Source: Perkinsus olseni
Lineage: Eukaryota
Length of the DNA: 64,000 nt
Assembly (NCBI GenBank): GCA_013115125.1
Contig: JABANN010000015.1
Location: 1 to 64,000 of the forward strand
Direction of reading: 5' to 3'
Part shown: piece after piece, positions 36,519 through 47,041 of the stretch
How the letters are laid out: the number at the start of each line of letters is the position of its first letter
Numbering within the stretch: position 1 is the stretch's first letter
The notes under the pieces: model-generated
Told to the model about the DNA's origin: nothing
Seen by the model: the letters and a program-made list of their open reading frames with translations, nothing else
The model's database searches: none
Translations under genes and position numbers: made by a program

Positions 36519-37037
36519 TTATTAAATCCGGAACAACAGGCGTGATGGCAGGGCTTTATGACAAACATCGCCGCGCTTGTCTTGCGGCGATCCAGCTTCT
36601 AGGCCCACGGCGGTCGTTTCTAATTTCTAAACTTCATCGGCTCCGCGACGATTGTGGCAGAGTCCTCCGCTTACCATTGAGACCCCTGCATCACCGGGTT
36701 CGCTTTGATAAATCTTCTATCCTGAGCCTCTCGCCGCTCGATCAAAGAGACAGCCCGGGCGTAGCCGTGTCAACTGCTTTAGTGCACTGTGCAAGTAGAA
36801 CATGAGATTCCGGGGTGAATTCGAGCGACTGATAGTTTCCGACACTAAGGGCCTATTTCATGGGGACCTCCCTTAAGATTCCCAGTTAGGTTCCTTAAGA
36901 TCTAACCGTAGGGTTTTGATAGGGGTGTTAGGCGATCTAAGGAGCGTGAGGAGACCCTTTAAGGGGCGTCAGCAGACTCAATGGGGCAAGTGCTTTTCTC
37001 AGTTCTCGTGATACTGTATTACTAATACGCGACATTC

Positions 37038-38451
37038 TTGATGCCACGACTACTTAAGAAACGCAGTTTAATGACCTTATTCATCTTCGTTAGAGGAAGA
37101 AGGGTCGATAAGATTGAACCAGGACATTACTACGGGGCCACTTCAACTGTCGGCAAGCTGGGGTGGATAGAAATGAATGTACTCCCAAGCAACGATGACG
37201 ATGTCCACACATGGTTCCTATTTGGCAATGCTACGATGAATGAGAGTGTGAGGATGCCACGAACGCCTCTTGAGGCATCTGGTCGGGAGAACACGACGGT
37301 TGTACTGAGTCGGGCTCGAGCTCACTCTTACATCCGAGTATCTGAGGGCGAGTTTGGGACGGTTCCTTCAAGCAACTGCTGGGGATTTCGGAGGTCAAAA
37401 CGCTATGTAGCGAAGCTCCGCCCTGTCTACGAGAGCTTCTCAATCCCGAACAACTTCCTTTTAACCGCATCGTTTCATCTCTGTTGGGCTTCGGGTAATT
37501 GGATTGTCTTCTTCGGCAGCGAAGCCAAACATAATAATTTCATCGGAGTCTCATTACCGGTAGTCGTGAAAAGACAATACGAGAATAAGGGAGAAACGTC
37601 CTCAAGAACCGCAGGTGGTAGTATCGTTGGGGGAAAAAATCTCCTCCTAATAACCAACTTCCGTCAATTTTTCAGGCATACTGGACTCCACAGCGCCGGT
37701 CAGAAGCACCTTGAACACCCTAGGACATATGACAGGAGGCACCAATGATCACATTTTGCGGAGTATGCCAGTGAGGACGACGGGGGCTACACCATCACCC
37801 TCTACCGTTACCGAAAACGCGTCAGGAGAAGCGGTCAACAAGATTGGACCAGGACATTACTACGGGGCCACTTCAACTGCCGGCACGCTGGGGTGGATAG
37901 AAATGAATGTCCTTCTAAGCGCGGATGATGATATTCGGGCTCGGTTCGTATTTGGCAATACTAAGACGAATGCCAGAGTGCCGAGCGAGAAAGATATGAC
38001 CGTTGCGCTGAAGCGGGAATCACGCGGGAGCAAGATTGAGGCAACTGTAGGGCATGAGATGTATAATATCACCCGAAGAAACTGTTGGGCTCTCCCGAGA
38101 CACCAAGTGTTTGGGATCATGCTTAGACGCCTCTACAGTGCATTCTCAATGAGACCAGATAGCCAGCTGACTCCCTCATTGCACCTCTGTTGGACTGAAG
38201 GAAATTGGGTGTTATTCCTTGTCAGTCGAAGTGGATGCGAGCAGCGGATTGATGAGCTGTTCTCTCCAGTGGTGATGGCCGTGAAAAGAGATCAACATGA
38301 AACAAGTTCAGTTGGCGCAGCCAAAAGCATGGCTGAAGAAAATATACCGCCCCTCCAAGCTTCGGCCGCCCATCACCCGTCAACCGTACGGGCGGTCGAT
38401 TGGGCAAACGAAGACGTTAAACCGGCTAAGCGAGTGAAGAGTGAGTTCTGA
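37038..38451 (+). pseudogene. Tandem two-domain lineage-specific protein split over two frames (ORFs 37038-37748 and 37711-38451)
   Basis: Both halves contain KIxPGHYYGATSTxGxLGWIEMNVL, NCW and HLCWxxGNW with high nucleotide similarity; frames differ in the linker. Could also be two adjacent genes. Confidence 0.65.
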
Positions 38452-39519
38452 CAGAGTCTATCGAATGGAGTTAGGTGGCCCGAGTGACTTGTGGCTGTCT
38501 CTGATAATCATCAACCTGGCTATGGTGAAGGAGTGGTCATTACTATCATCAATCAGCACCTTCCCTATCAAGAATTTTTTCAGTGATGTTAATCATGGCT
38601 GTGGATGTTCCGAAATGAGAAATGCTTTGTGTTGCGGTCAGCAACTTGCTGAGGCTCTGTCGAGCCACTTGGTGGAACATCCCTTAAAGGGAGGGGTCCT
38701 CACTGTTCCTTCCTTAAGGGGCAACTCTTTATAACTTATCACTTTCAAGTAGGGTAAGGAACTCCTTTCTTTAAGGTACCCCCTTTATATCGGGTATTAT
38801 ATCCTTATATCCTTATAGAGAACTTAAGGCCGGAGTTGTGTAAAACCAGGTATATCCACTATGTCGACGCTGCATTTTTACTGAATTCATGAATTTGTTA
38901 ACGTAAACGGTGTCGGGCGGATGTACATCGAACTACCGGGTTCATGTAAGCGAGCAGATCTGGATTTACGCATTTCCAGCGGGCATATTCATTACGTGCG
39001 TAACTTCAGTTTAAAACCAAAAAGAGTCTCGCAACTCACACAACTTCGCTGCGGATTAATCCCGCATAGGATGTTCGATTGCCCGCAGACCTTTCTGTTT
39101 TCCGATCTTCGACGCTGGATCTCCCACGGGGGAATCAAGCGAGTTGTGCATCACTGCTCTTCAGAAACATACTTCATCGCATATCTCATAACGTAACGCG
39201 AAAAGATTAATTACGCGATTTTTGTATTTATGAAAGACTTCACAGAGGAAAACGCTCGAACGTCGTCGTGCTCGGTTACTCGACAGTCGTGGGCGTTGGG
39301 ACAGGGAAGGTCGAGGGACAACGGCGTCTGTATATTGGCGAGTTGTCCCCCTCCCTAGATGTCGCAATTCGGAACGAATTGCTTGAGGAACTACAATTAA
39401 CCGGTGGGAGTGAGTGAGTGAGTGAGGGCTCGAACTTCATGATCGAACCTTGTGACCCCCCCATGATGACTTTAACCACTGCTCGTATGAGGGAGCCACT
39501 AGTTCTTGGGTTGAGCTAA

Positions 39520-40020
39520 TGTCATGGTAGTGCGAGAGCCGACCTGCTTGGGCCTCTCTAAGCGGCCGGCGCGATTCCTGGAGTCGCGGAATCGGATTCC
39601 GTCGGGCGGAGCGGATGAGTGTGAAGGCCTCGATGCTTCAAAAGCCCCTACGATAAATAGGGCAGACCTCGAAGCCAGAAGCCAGAAGCGCACAAAATCA
39701 CCGTTCAGTTGAAACCATGGTCCGAAGTAAAAATCATTTTCGCAGCAAACGGTGATGTACACGTACCATCGCCTGAATAGCAACCTTAGGGTCGCCTATT
39801 GACGGGGCCTCACATCTTGACGGATCCAGGAGGTATGAGAGAAGTACGAGCAGCCACTTGTGAGACACCATTTATTAAATCCGGAACAACAGGCGTGCTT
39901 TATGATAAACATCGCCGCGCTTGTCTTGCGGCGATCCAGGTTCTAGTCCCACGGCGGTCGTTTGAAATTTCTAAAGTCATTTTTTCACCGGCTCCGACGC
40001 AACGATTGCGGCAGAGTCTT
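39520..40020 (-). pseudogene. Partial duplicate of the sortilin 5' region (upstream DNA, exon 1, start of intron 1, remnant of a later exon)
   Basis: 39721-40020 matches 36369-36666; exon-1 copy 39767-39871 is an open 35-codon frame with the gtacgt donor; 39530-39650 resembles 35645-35770. Confidence 0.85.
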
Positions 40021-40474
40021 CATCTTCATGTCTTGCCATGTCTTCGGACCCCGCAGACTCAACGTGTTCGTTATCAGAATCGGAGGCCAGATGTCAATGA
40101 TGAATCGAAGCGGAGCGCGCATTCTACAATACCGCGCAACCATCATGAGGAAACGTTCGGGGACACATAGTGGTGACGCCTTCCGGGACTCAATGCAGTG
40201 CTTCTGTGCTCTGTTCATAGCTTCGTGTCCTCGGAACGCGACTGGAGGGTCCCAGCCGCCGTGTGAGCTCATAATTTTCCCGGGTGGCCTGTGCTGTGTT
40301 GAATAGTGGTTTCTGGGTAGTGGCTCGATGGAAGCTTTCCTTATACATCGTGCTGTACACGGTACAATCGCCACGTATCTCAGCGCGAAGGCCACCGGCT
40401 GTCGTGCCAATTCTAATTCTGGGTAGGGCAAGGACCGCGCTTTTTTCCAGCTTTGTTGTTTAAGAGCTTTCTGA

Positions 40475-42349
40475 ATGGTATCGCAGTCACTCGTTGACCT
40501 TTTCGGAGACCGCCTCGTCGTAGACGACGGCCGTACAGTGGAGACATCCTCGGCTTTAGAGGGTAGTGAACAGTGTCCATTTCCGTCATCGGCCCATCTC
40601 TTCTTTTTCACGCTAGGTTGCACGGCGGTTGGTATCTACTTTTCCGCCCACTGGTGTCCGCCTTGCCGGCGGTTCACTCCCGAACTGGCCCGCAATTACG
40701 CTGATCACTACGTCAGCAAAGGGCTCAAGATAGTATTCGTTTCTTCTGACCGGTAGAGGCTCATCGGTCCCTCAGAGTGTTATCAATGCACAGCCATTCA
40801 GATCCGAGGCGGCTTTTAAGGAATACTTCAGCGAAATGCCGTGGTTAGCAGTGCCTTTCAACGAACGCGCTATCAAAGACAAGTTGTCGAAAAAGTGGTA
40901 CTCGTGTCGTTATCCGACGCCGAGTCCTGTGGTTGTAGGTTCAAAGTTTCTGGCATCCCGATGCTTGTTATTGTGAACCCGGACGGCGAGACTATCACTA
41001 CTGACGGCCGTACCGCCGTCGCCGACGACCCAACAGGGGAGGACCTTCCGTGGGTACCAAAACCGATCACCGAGCTACTTCCCCGAACCTTCGTCGACAA
41101 GGACGGCAAGGAGATAACTAAGGAGAGCTTGGCAGGGAAGCACCTTGGATTGTAATTTGGTGAACCGGGATGGGCTTCGCTCCGCTTAGTGGAAGTCACT
41201 TGTGGCTTCGGTCGGCGAACGGACTGTGTTGAGCTCGCCTCTGCAGGTACTTTTCGGCCCACTGGTGCCCTCCGTGTAAGAAATTCACACCCACACTAAC
41301 GTCTTGGTATAATCACACGCGACCGAAGCTCGCAGACAAGTTCGAGATCATATTCGTGTCCAGCGACAACAGTCAGGAGGAGTGCGTGTCTTTCAAAGGG
41401 CGCATCTTAGGTTGAAGCTGGGTGAACTCAGGTACAATGAATATCTATCTACTATGCCATGGCCAGCCGTCCCGTTCAGTCAACAGGCGGCAAAAGGAGC
41501 ACTCGAAAAAGCCGTTGGGGTGGGTGGAAGAGCGAACCGTGGTCCGTTGTGAATCCAGTGTTAGGTGAACGGCATCCCGACTTTGGCGATTGTCTCGCCT
41601 GAAGGTGCCCTGATCACCACTAATGGTCGTGGAATCCCAACCTGCGATCCTGAAGCCTGCTACTTCCCCTGGATACCCGAGGCGTGAGGATGACGATCTA
41701 GCGCACTTACACAGTGTTATTACTCGTGTTCTGACGCAGGTACAATGACCTTGATGCTAATCCCGATGGAATCAACGACAACGCATCAGTCTGTATATTC
41801 TTAGGGCCCGGATGGGACTGCAAAAGTCTCGGTGCGATCAAGAAAAACGTAGAAGCCTTCGGCTGCACTCTTTGCGCAGAGCTCGGCCCTGTTCAGGTAT
41901 TTCACCCAGTCGCCGAGAAACTGGCCTCGTACGACGTTAGTTTGTACTACTCTACCAATTTTGACGGTGAGATTAGCGAACAGATCGCGGGGGCCTGCGG
42001 GAGTTTGGAAGAGCCTGGCGAGAAAAAGGCTACCATCTTGGTGGTGGATATCCCGGACCGTGGCGGATACTACCTGTGCGCCGAGAACGTCGTAAGTACA
42101 GGGGCCTCGCTTGACGTGCTCGCCTCGGATAACGGTTTATTTGTGCCATTGCGCTCTGTTCGTAACGTCCTCCCGAGCGCGCCTCAATACACCACCGCGA
42201 TCCTCAATTTTTTTTCTGTCCGTTTAGAGGTCTCCCTTGAGACTACTACCAGCTCGTGTGTGCTTCAGGATACTCTAACTTCTACCGTCATCGAAGAAGC
42301 CTTCGAGAAATACCACAAGAAGGAGGTCCCTCGCCAGCAGATGAGTTAA
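40475..42349 (+). CDS. Nucleoredoxin/tryparedoxin-like protein, multi-exon
   Basis: Two thioredoxin domains, [15 protein letters not shown] and [15 protein letters not shown], each followed by IVFVSSD-like and GIPxL motifs; third degenerate domain. Confidence 0.92.
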
Positions 42350-42652
42350 GGGGTGCGTACTGCATCATCATCATCATCATCGTCGTGGTCGAGCTGAATC
42401 CCATCGTGCTGCTCGGAGCGAAATGGTATGGGAGATTTAGTTTTGTTGGCTCAGTCGAAGAAACTCAATTTTCATGGGACTCGGCATTGCTGTTGGGTCC
42501 AGTACCTCTGGGCTCAACTATGGTCGGGAAAGGGGAGTACTAGGGACCCTCTAGCAAGATTTTTCTAGCATCGAGAAAACTCCGGACGGGTATGGTCCTG
42601 TGGGGTGCTGTAGAAGGCCACCTTTCACTTAGTTTACCCGGGCCCATCCTCT

Positions 42653-44767
42653 ATGTTCCGCGGCCGCGGTCGTGGCGCTATGCGCGGGGGCTTCCGTGTG
42701 CCGCCTGGCGCCGCTCCGCTACCTCCCAGTCGGGCAGGGTTAAGCGTGAGGCCGTCGTCGGTTGGAGTGCCTCCAGCTCCAGTGTCTGCTGCCCCACTCA
42801 ACCAGGGGTTGACGCGGACCACGGTGAACTCAGGCCCGACCTCGCGGGAGCCGGCGCCGATGCTTCCAATGCCGCAGCCCCTGCCTCCTCGGGTTGGCCC
42901 AGACGCTCAGCCGAACGACGAGATGCCCTTAGCGCGACCGCTGAAGCCCATCCCCTTGAAACCGCCGGATGGGACACGGGAGGTCAATAACCATCCCCCG
43001 CTGTATGCACGTCCGACCTCCCTCCCACTGGAAAGGAGGCCGCTCGAAGATGAGCCCCTCTCTAAGCGCGCCAAGATCGATCGGAGTGACGAGGGCCGGC
43101 GTCAGCGAGGGTGGGACTCGAAAGATTCCGCCCCGAAAAGCGCAAGACCCGTCCAGCATGACGATGAAGCAGCTCGGTATGCGCTCCCAGCCGTGGTTGA
43201 AGAGCGCTCTTCTAGTAGCGTGCAGAAGCTGGATTTCGTTGCGCCAGCGGAGACGACAGAAGATAATGCAATAGAAGACTTGTAGGCGGCAAGATTGTGT
43301 CCTCACGGTGATGGGCACTACACCGGCACAACGACCGCGCCGCTGCTCAGGTTTTACCTCAAGAAGGAGCCCATCACCCCAGCTCAACAACGTTCGTTGC
43401 TCCGGGAGTGTCTAGTGGATGTGCTGGTCATGCACGGCAAGCGGCGTGCGGATGGGACACGTTACATCGCCCATGGAGAGCTTGTCTTCACGTTCTTCGA
43501 CGAGATTGTTCTGAGGGGTGGCATCAAGCTCCGGGATCTGGTCCCCAGAGACGAGGTAGGCGAGGGTATCTGGTTGCTTCTTGCATAGTGGTCCCGACCT
43601 TCGATCGACTTTGCGACGATGGGGCTACATCTGATGATGAAGCGATGGTTTGGTATGCCCCGTGGCTCACGGACCGAGGGCGACCTGCCCGCCCTCAGCG
43701 GTCCCATTTCGTGTCACTGTCACGAGTGAACGAGCTGAAGCGGTGGTTATCAGGGCACACTATGACTGGATCTCACTCAGGTCAGCCAGAATAATCTTCA
43801 TGGGCTGCTGGGGATCGGCATAGAGGAAATTGAGGGCAGTTGCGTCACGTACCGCCCTACTGCGATGGATGCCACCAATCGGTTGCGATGCTCTCTGAAA
43901 TACTGGGAGGCAACACCGGCGCAAGTCGAGCTGGCTCGGGCTGCTGTATCCTATATCAAGCGGGTGACGGGCAGCGATGTGATACCCTTGGGTGCGTTCG
44001 CGATTGGGATGGCCAGCAGGGGCGACAACCTCCTCAAGGTGGCGCTTGTACATGACGACGTGATATCTTCCAGGCTGCAGCTGATCTGCGCCGCCGAGGC
44101 CAATGGCTGGTCTGTAGTGCGAGTCAGCAACAGTGACTATCGTCCTACTGCCGACGTTACCAGATTGGCCATCCTTCATGGAGACCCTGTTCCGCGGTAT
44201 CTGCAAGTGGGAATACCAAATCTTACTTTGGAGGTCGAAGTTTATTTCATGACGGGTCGTGATCTGGAGACCGAGTTGTACCGACTGAAAAGCGAGATGG
44301 ACAGTGCGGAGCCTGAGATGGTCCTTCTGGCGAAGGCCATCAAGCGGCTAATTCTCCGGCCATGTCGTTTCAACGAGGTCGATGCCGCGTACATATCGCT
44401 GCTTATGGTGCGGTCCTTTTACGTGAGTACGGCATATCGTGGTATGGGACTTTACCAGGACTATGTGGATTTACTTTGGTTCTTTGCCGAAGAAAAAGAG
44501 ATCGGCGATTCCATAAGCGAGTGGACCTCCTCTGGCGAGTCCCTGGCGGGTGAGAAAAGAGGGTGTTCCGGGGTAGCCTTTGAAGGAATGCATACAGGCC
44601 ACCCTGCCTCAGTGTCGCTGGACGAGTATGGTACCTCGTCTATGAGACCGTAGACCTTCTCCCTGCCAGATACCATTGGCCTTCCGCGGCTAGAGAACTT
44701 GGCTCATGGGATTCAGCTGAGCTTCAGCGTGTCTGATATATGGTGGCCGCTATACGTCTCTCAGTAG
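42653..44767 (+). CDS. RG/Pro-rich protein with C-terminal region resembling a degenerate PAP/TUTase nucleotidyltransferase fold
   Basis: MFRGRGRGAMRGG start and Pro-rich linker; VIPLGAFAIGMASRGD and LAKAIKRL recall the hGS motif and LxxxIKxW helix. Fold assignment is an inference. Confidence 0.55.
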
Positions 44768-46744
44768 AATATGTTTGTATCATAAGTACCATTGTGCAGA
44801 GATTGAAGAGAGTGGCACTGCTGTTGTGTTCGAAGCAAGAGTGGAGCACCATCGGATGGACCGGCGTGGAAGATCGTCGATGAATCTTGAGTACGAACTG
44901 AGCCGAAGGCGAGTGGAATGAAGGGAAGAATGATACGAATCTGCTTATAGATGGAACAATCGGTGCCGAAACATACCGTAGACGGTAGGGTTGAAATAGC
45001 GACATTCAGTTGGCGAACGAAGTACGTCAATTAAGCGGCAGGCTGCGAACAGGGACTTCAACTCCACGAATATGGCCCTCGCTTTTATGCTTCAGGAGGT
45101 CGATTTTGCAGATAAGAATATCAATTTACGTAACATGTTCCGCCGAGCGTGTCAAAAAGGAACAAACTCGGAGCATTACAATGAAGTGAGAAACTTCACA
45201 CCTACCGTGAGAGCAGCGAATGCTGTTAACCTTCGATACAACTCGAGGATGCATTAGAGTTGGCCGTGTAAGAGGCGGCCCCTCCTTATGGGATGGGAGT
45301 CTCCGGGAGTCGTTTGGCGACTACTGTGATCGAGGGAACTGCACCGACCTCAAACGTGATACAGTTTCACGCATGGATGGAAACGCTCTCGAAGTCTGAA
45401 CACTCTTCGTAAGATTTTTTTGCAACTCACGCGTACTGAACCGAAACCGCCCTCTTATCTACTCAGAGGTAAATCCGCTACCCGAGCAGGTGAAACTAAT
45501 CATACGTGGCAGTCTTTCCTCTCTTGCATGTGGTACCGGTCACTTTAGCTCTACCTTTGACTTTCGAGCGGCCGCACCCACCGTGTCCTTCACGACTCGT
45601 GAATCACGAGCTTTGGTTTCCTGAGCACCCCCACACTCCAAAATGCCGACTTGCCTGTGCCATAACGATGGCAGCGCCACGGAACCGGTAGAGTCGGCTT
45701 GAGTGCCAAGATCACAGGTTATGCAACGCAACAATAGCAACGAATCGGTACGCGCAGTATCGTCACGCCTCATGAGCACGTCACTGCGCAACTGATGATA
45801 GTAACTTCCCTAGGAGAATGCGCTCGCTCAGGTCAGCTAGTGCTATGTGCATTCGACCAGAGTGGGGCCCGAACTGTCGGTTGCTTTTATCCTTCTGTTT
45901 CTCGAGGGGATGGCCTTCTTCGTTTTGTGCGCGCTCGCTTGAACGCGTGCGCATAGCTTGTTGCTCCCAGCTGCGGCTAGGAGAAATTGAGGCTCTGTAT
46001 TCCACCAGCAGTGGCGCATAAAGATCAAGTTAGCATAAGCAAGAGTTTACCGAGCCCGATGCCATTGTTGGTGTTCTATTCTGCATAGATCCTGTTTTTG
46101 TGTTCCGCCGTATCCGCTCTACCCTAACGTTTCACACAGCGAGTGTGAACAGGTACTGGGACACTGCGACCGTCCCAGCGACTAGCGCGAAAGGCGAAGT
46201 GGTCCTATCCCCCATGGTTCTGGCGACGAGGCTCACGTCGGTGTGTGGGCGCGTTGGTCGCGAGCTCATCTCTTGGTCTTCGCACTAGGTAGTATCCTAA
46301 TCCTAATAACGGCGAGCTTGGGAGAGTCGCATGTTTGGCATCTGTTCCAGGTGTTACGGTCAATTTTGAAGCGCTTTCGTACCGTCAAGTCACCGAATCG
46401 CACCTCACCTTGAGCGGCATTCGGTAGCAGAATCCTCGCTGAAACCGTCGCTGATGGAGATGATTCGAAGTGGATTATTGCAAGATTTTCCAGGAGATAG
46501 GGCCAGCTCAAAATGGTAAGGGAGAATGACCCCGGGAGAGGGGTTCCGTTTCGCTGCTCTTCGTGCGGGAATAAGCAAATCCAATTTCGAATTGCCGCGT
46601 TGAATTAACACCAGTGCCACTTTTCAATCAATGAGGGGGACTAGCGCAGTGCTAGGCCTTCAGTGCAAAATCCTGGTACGTAATGTATAGTATGCATGAA
46701 ATATTTCTCTAGATAAAAACCCGAAAAATTATAAATAGTGTTCA

Positions 46745-46845
46745 GTACTAGCACTATTAGTAGTACTACCATTCGGACTAGTAATTTGAGTAATGAGTAC
46801 TAGTAATGCGACAACTACTTGTTTCAGTAGTACTACTAGTAATAT
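46745..46845. repeat. AT-rich cluster of AGTACT/ACTAGT palindromic motifs
   Basis: Repeated agtacta, tactagta and tagtagtacta. Confidence 0.7.
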
Positions 46846-47041
46846 TTCGCCCGATAGAATACCACTCGCCCGAAATCAAATCGGATGGATACCCACGACG
46901 GGGTTGGGAGTGGGTCACTTTTCGGAAGACAGAGAAATAGTAAATGACCTCTATGAGGCAGCACATGGCCGTCCAACACGCTGTCTTAAAACAATACATG
47001 CGCAATGAAGATTAAATTACACATGTGTTTTTTGATCTCGG

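Noticed and set aside
36369-40020. Pair of ~300-bp direct repeats read as LTRs
   Set aside because: The repeat is the sortilin upstream region plus exon 1; no gag/pol between the copies.
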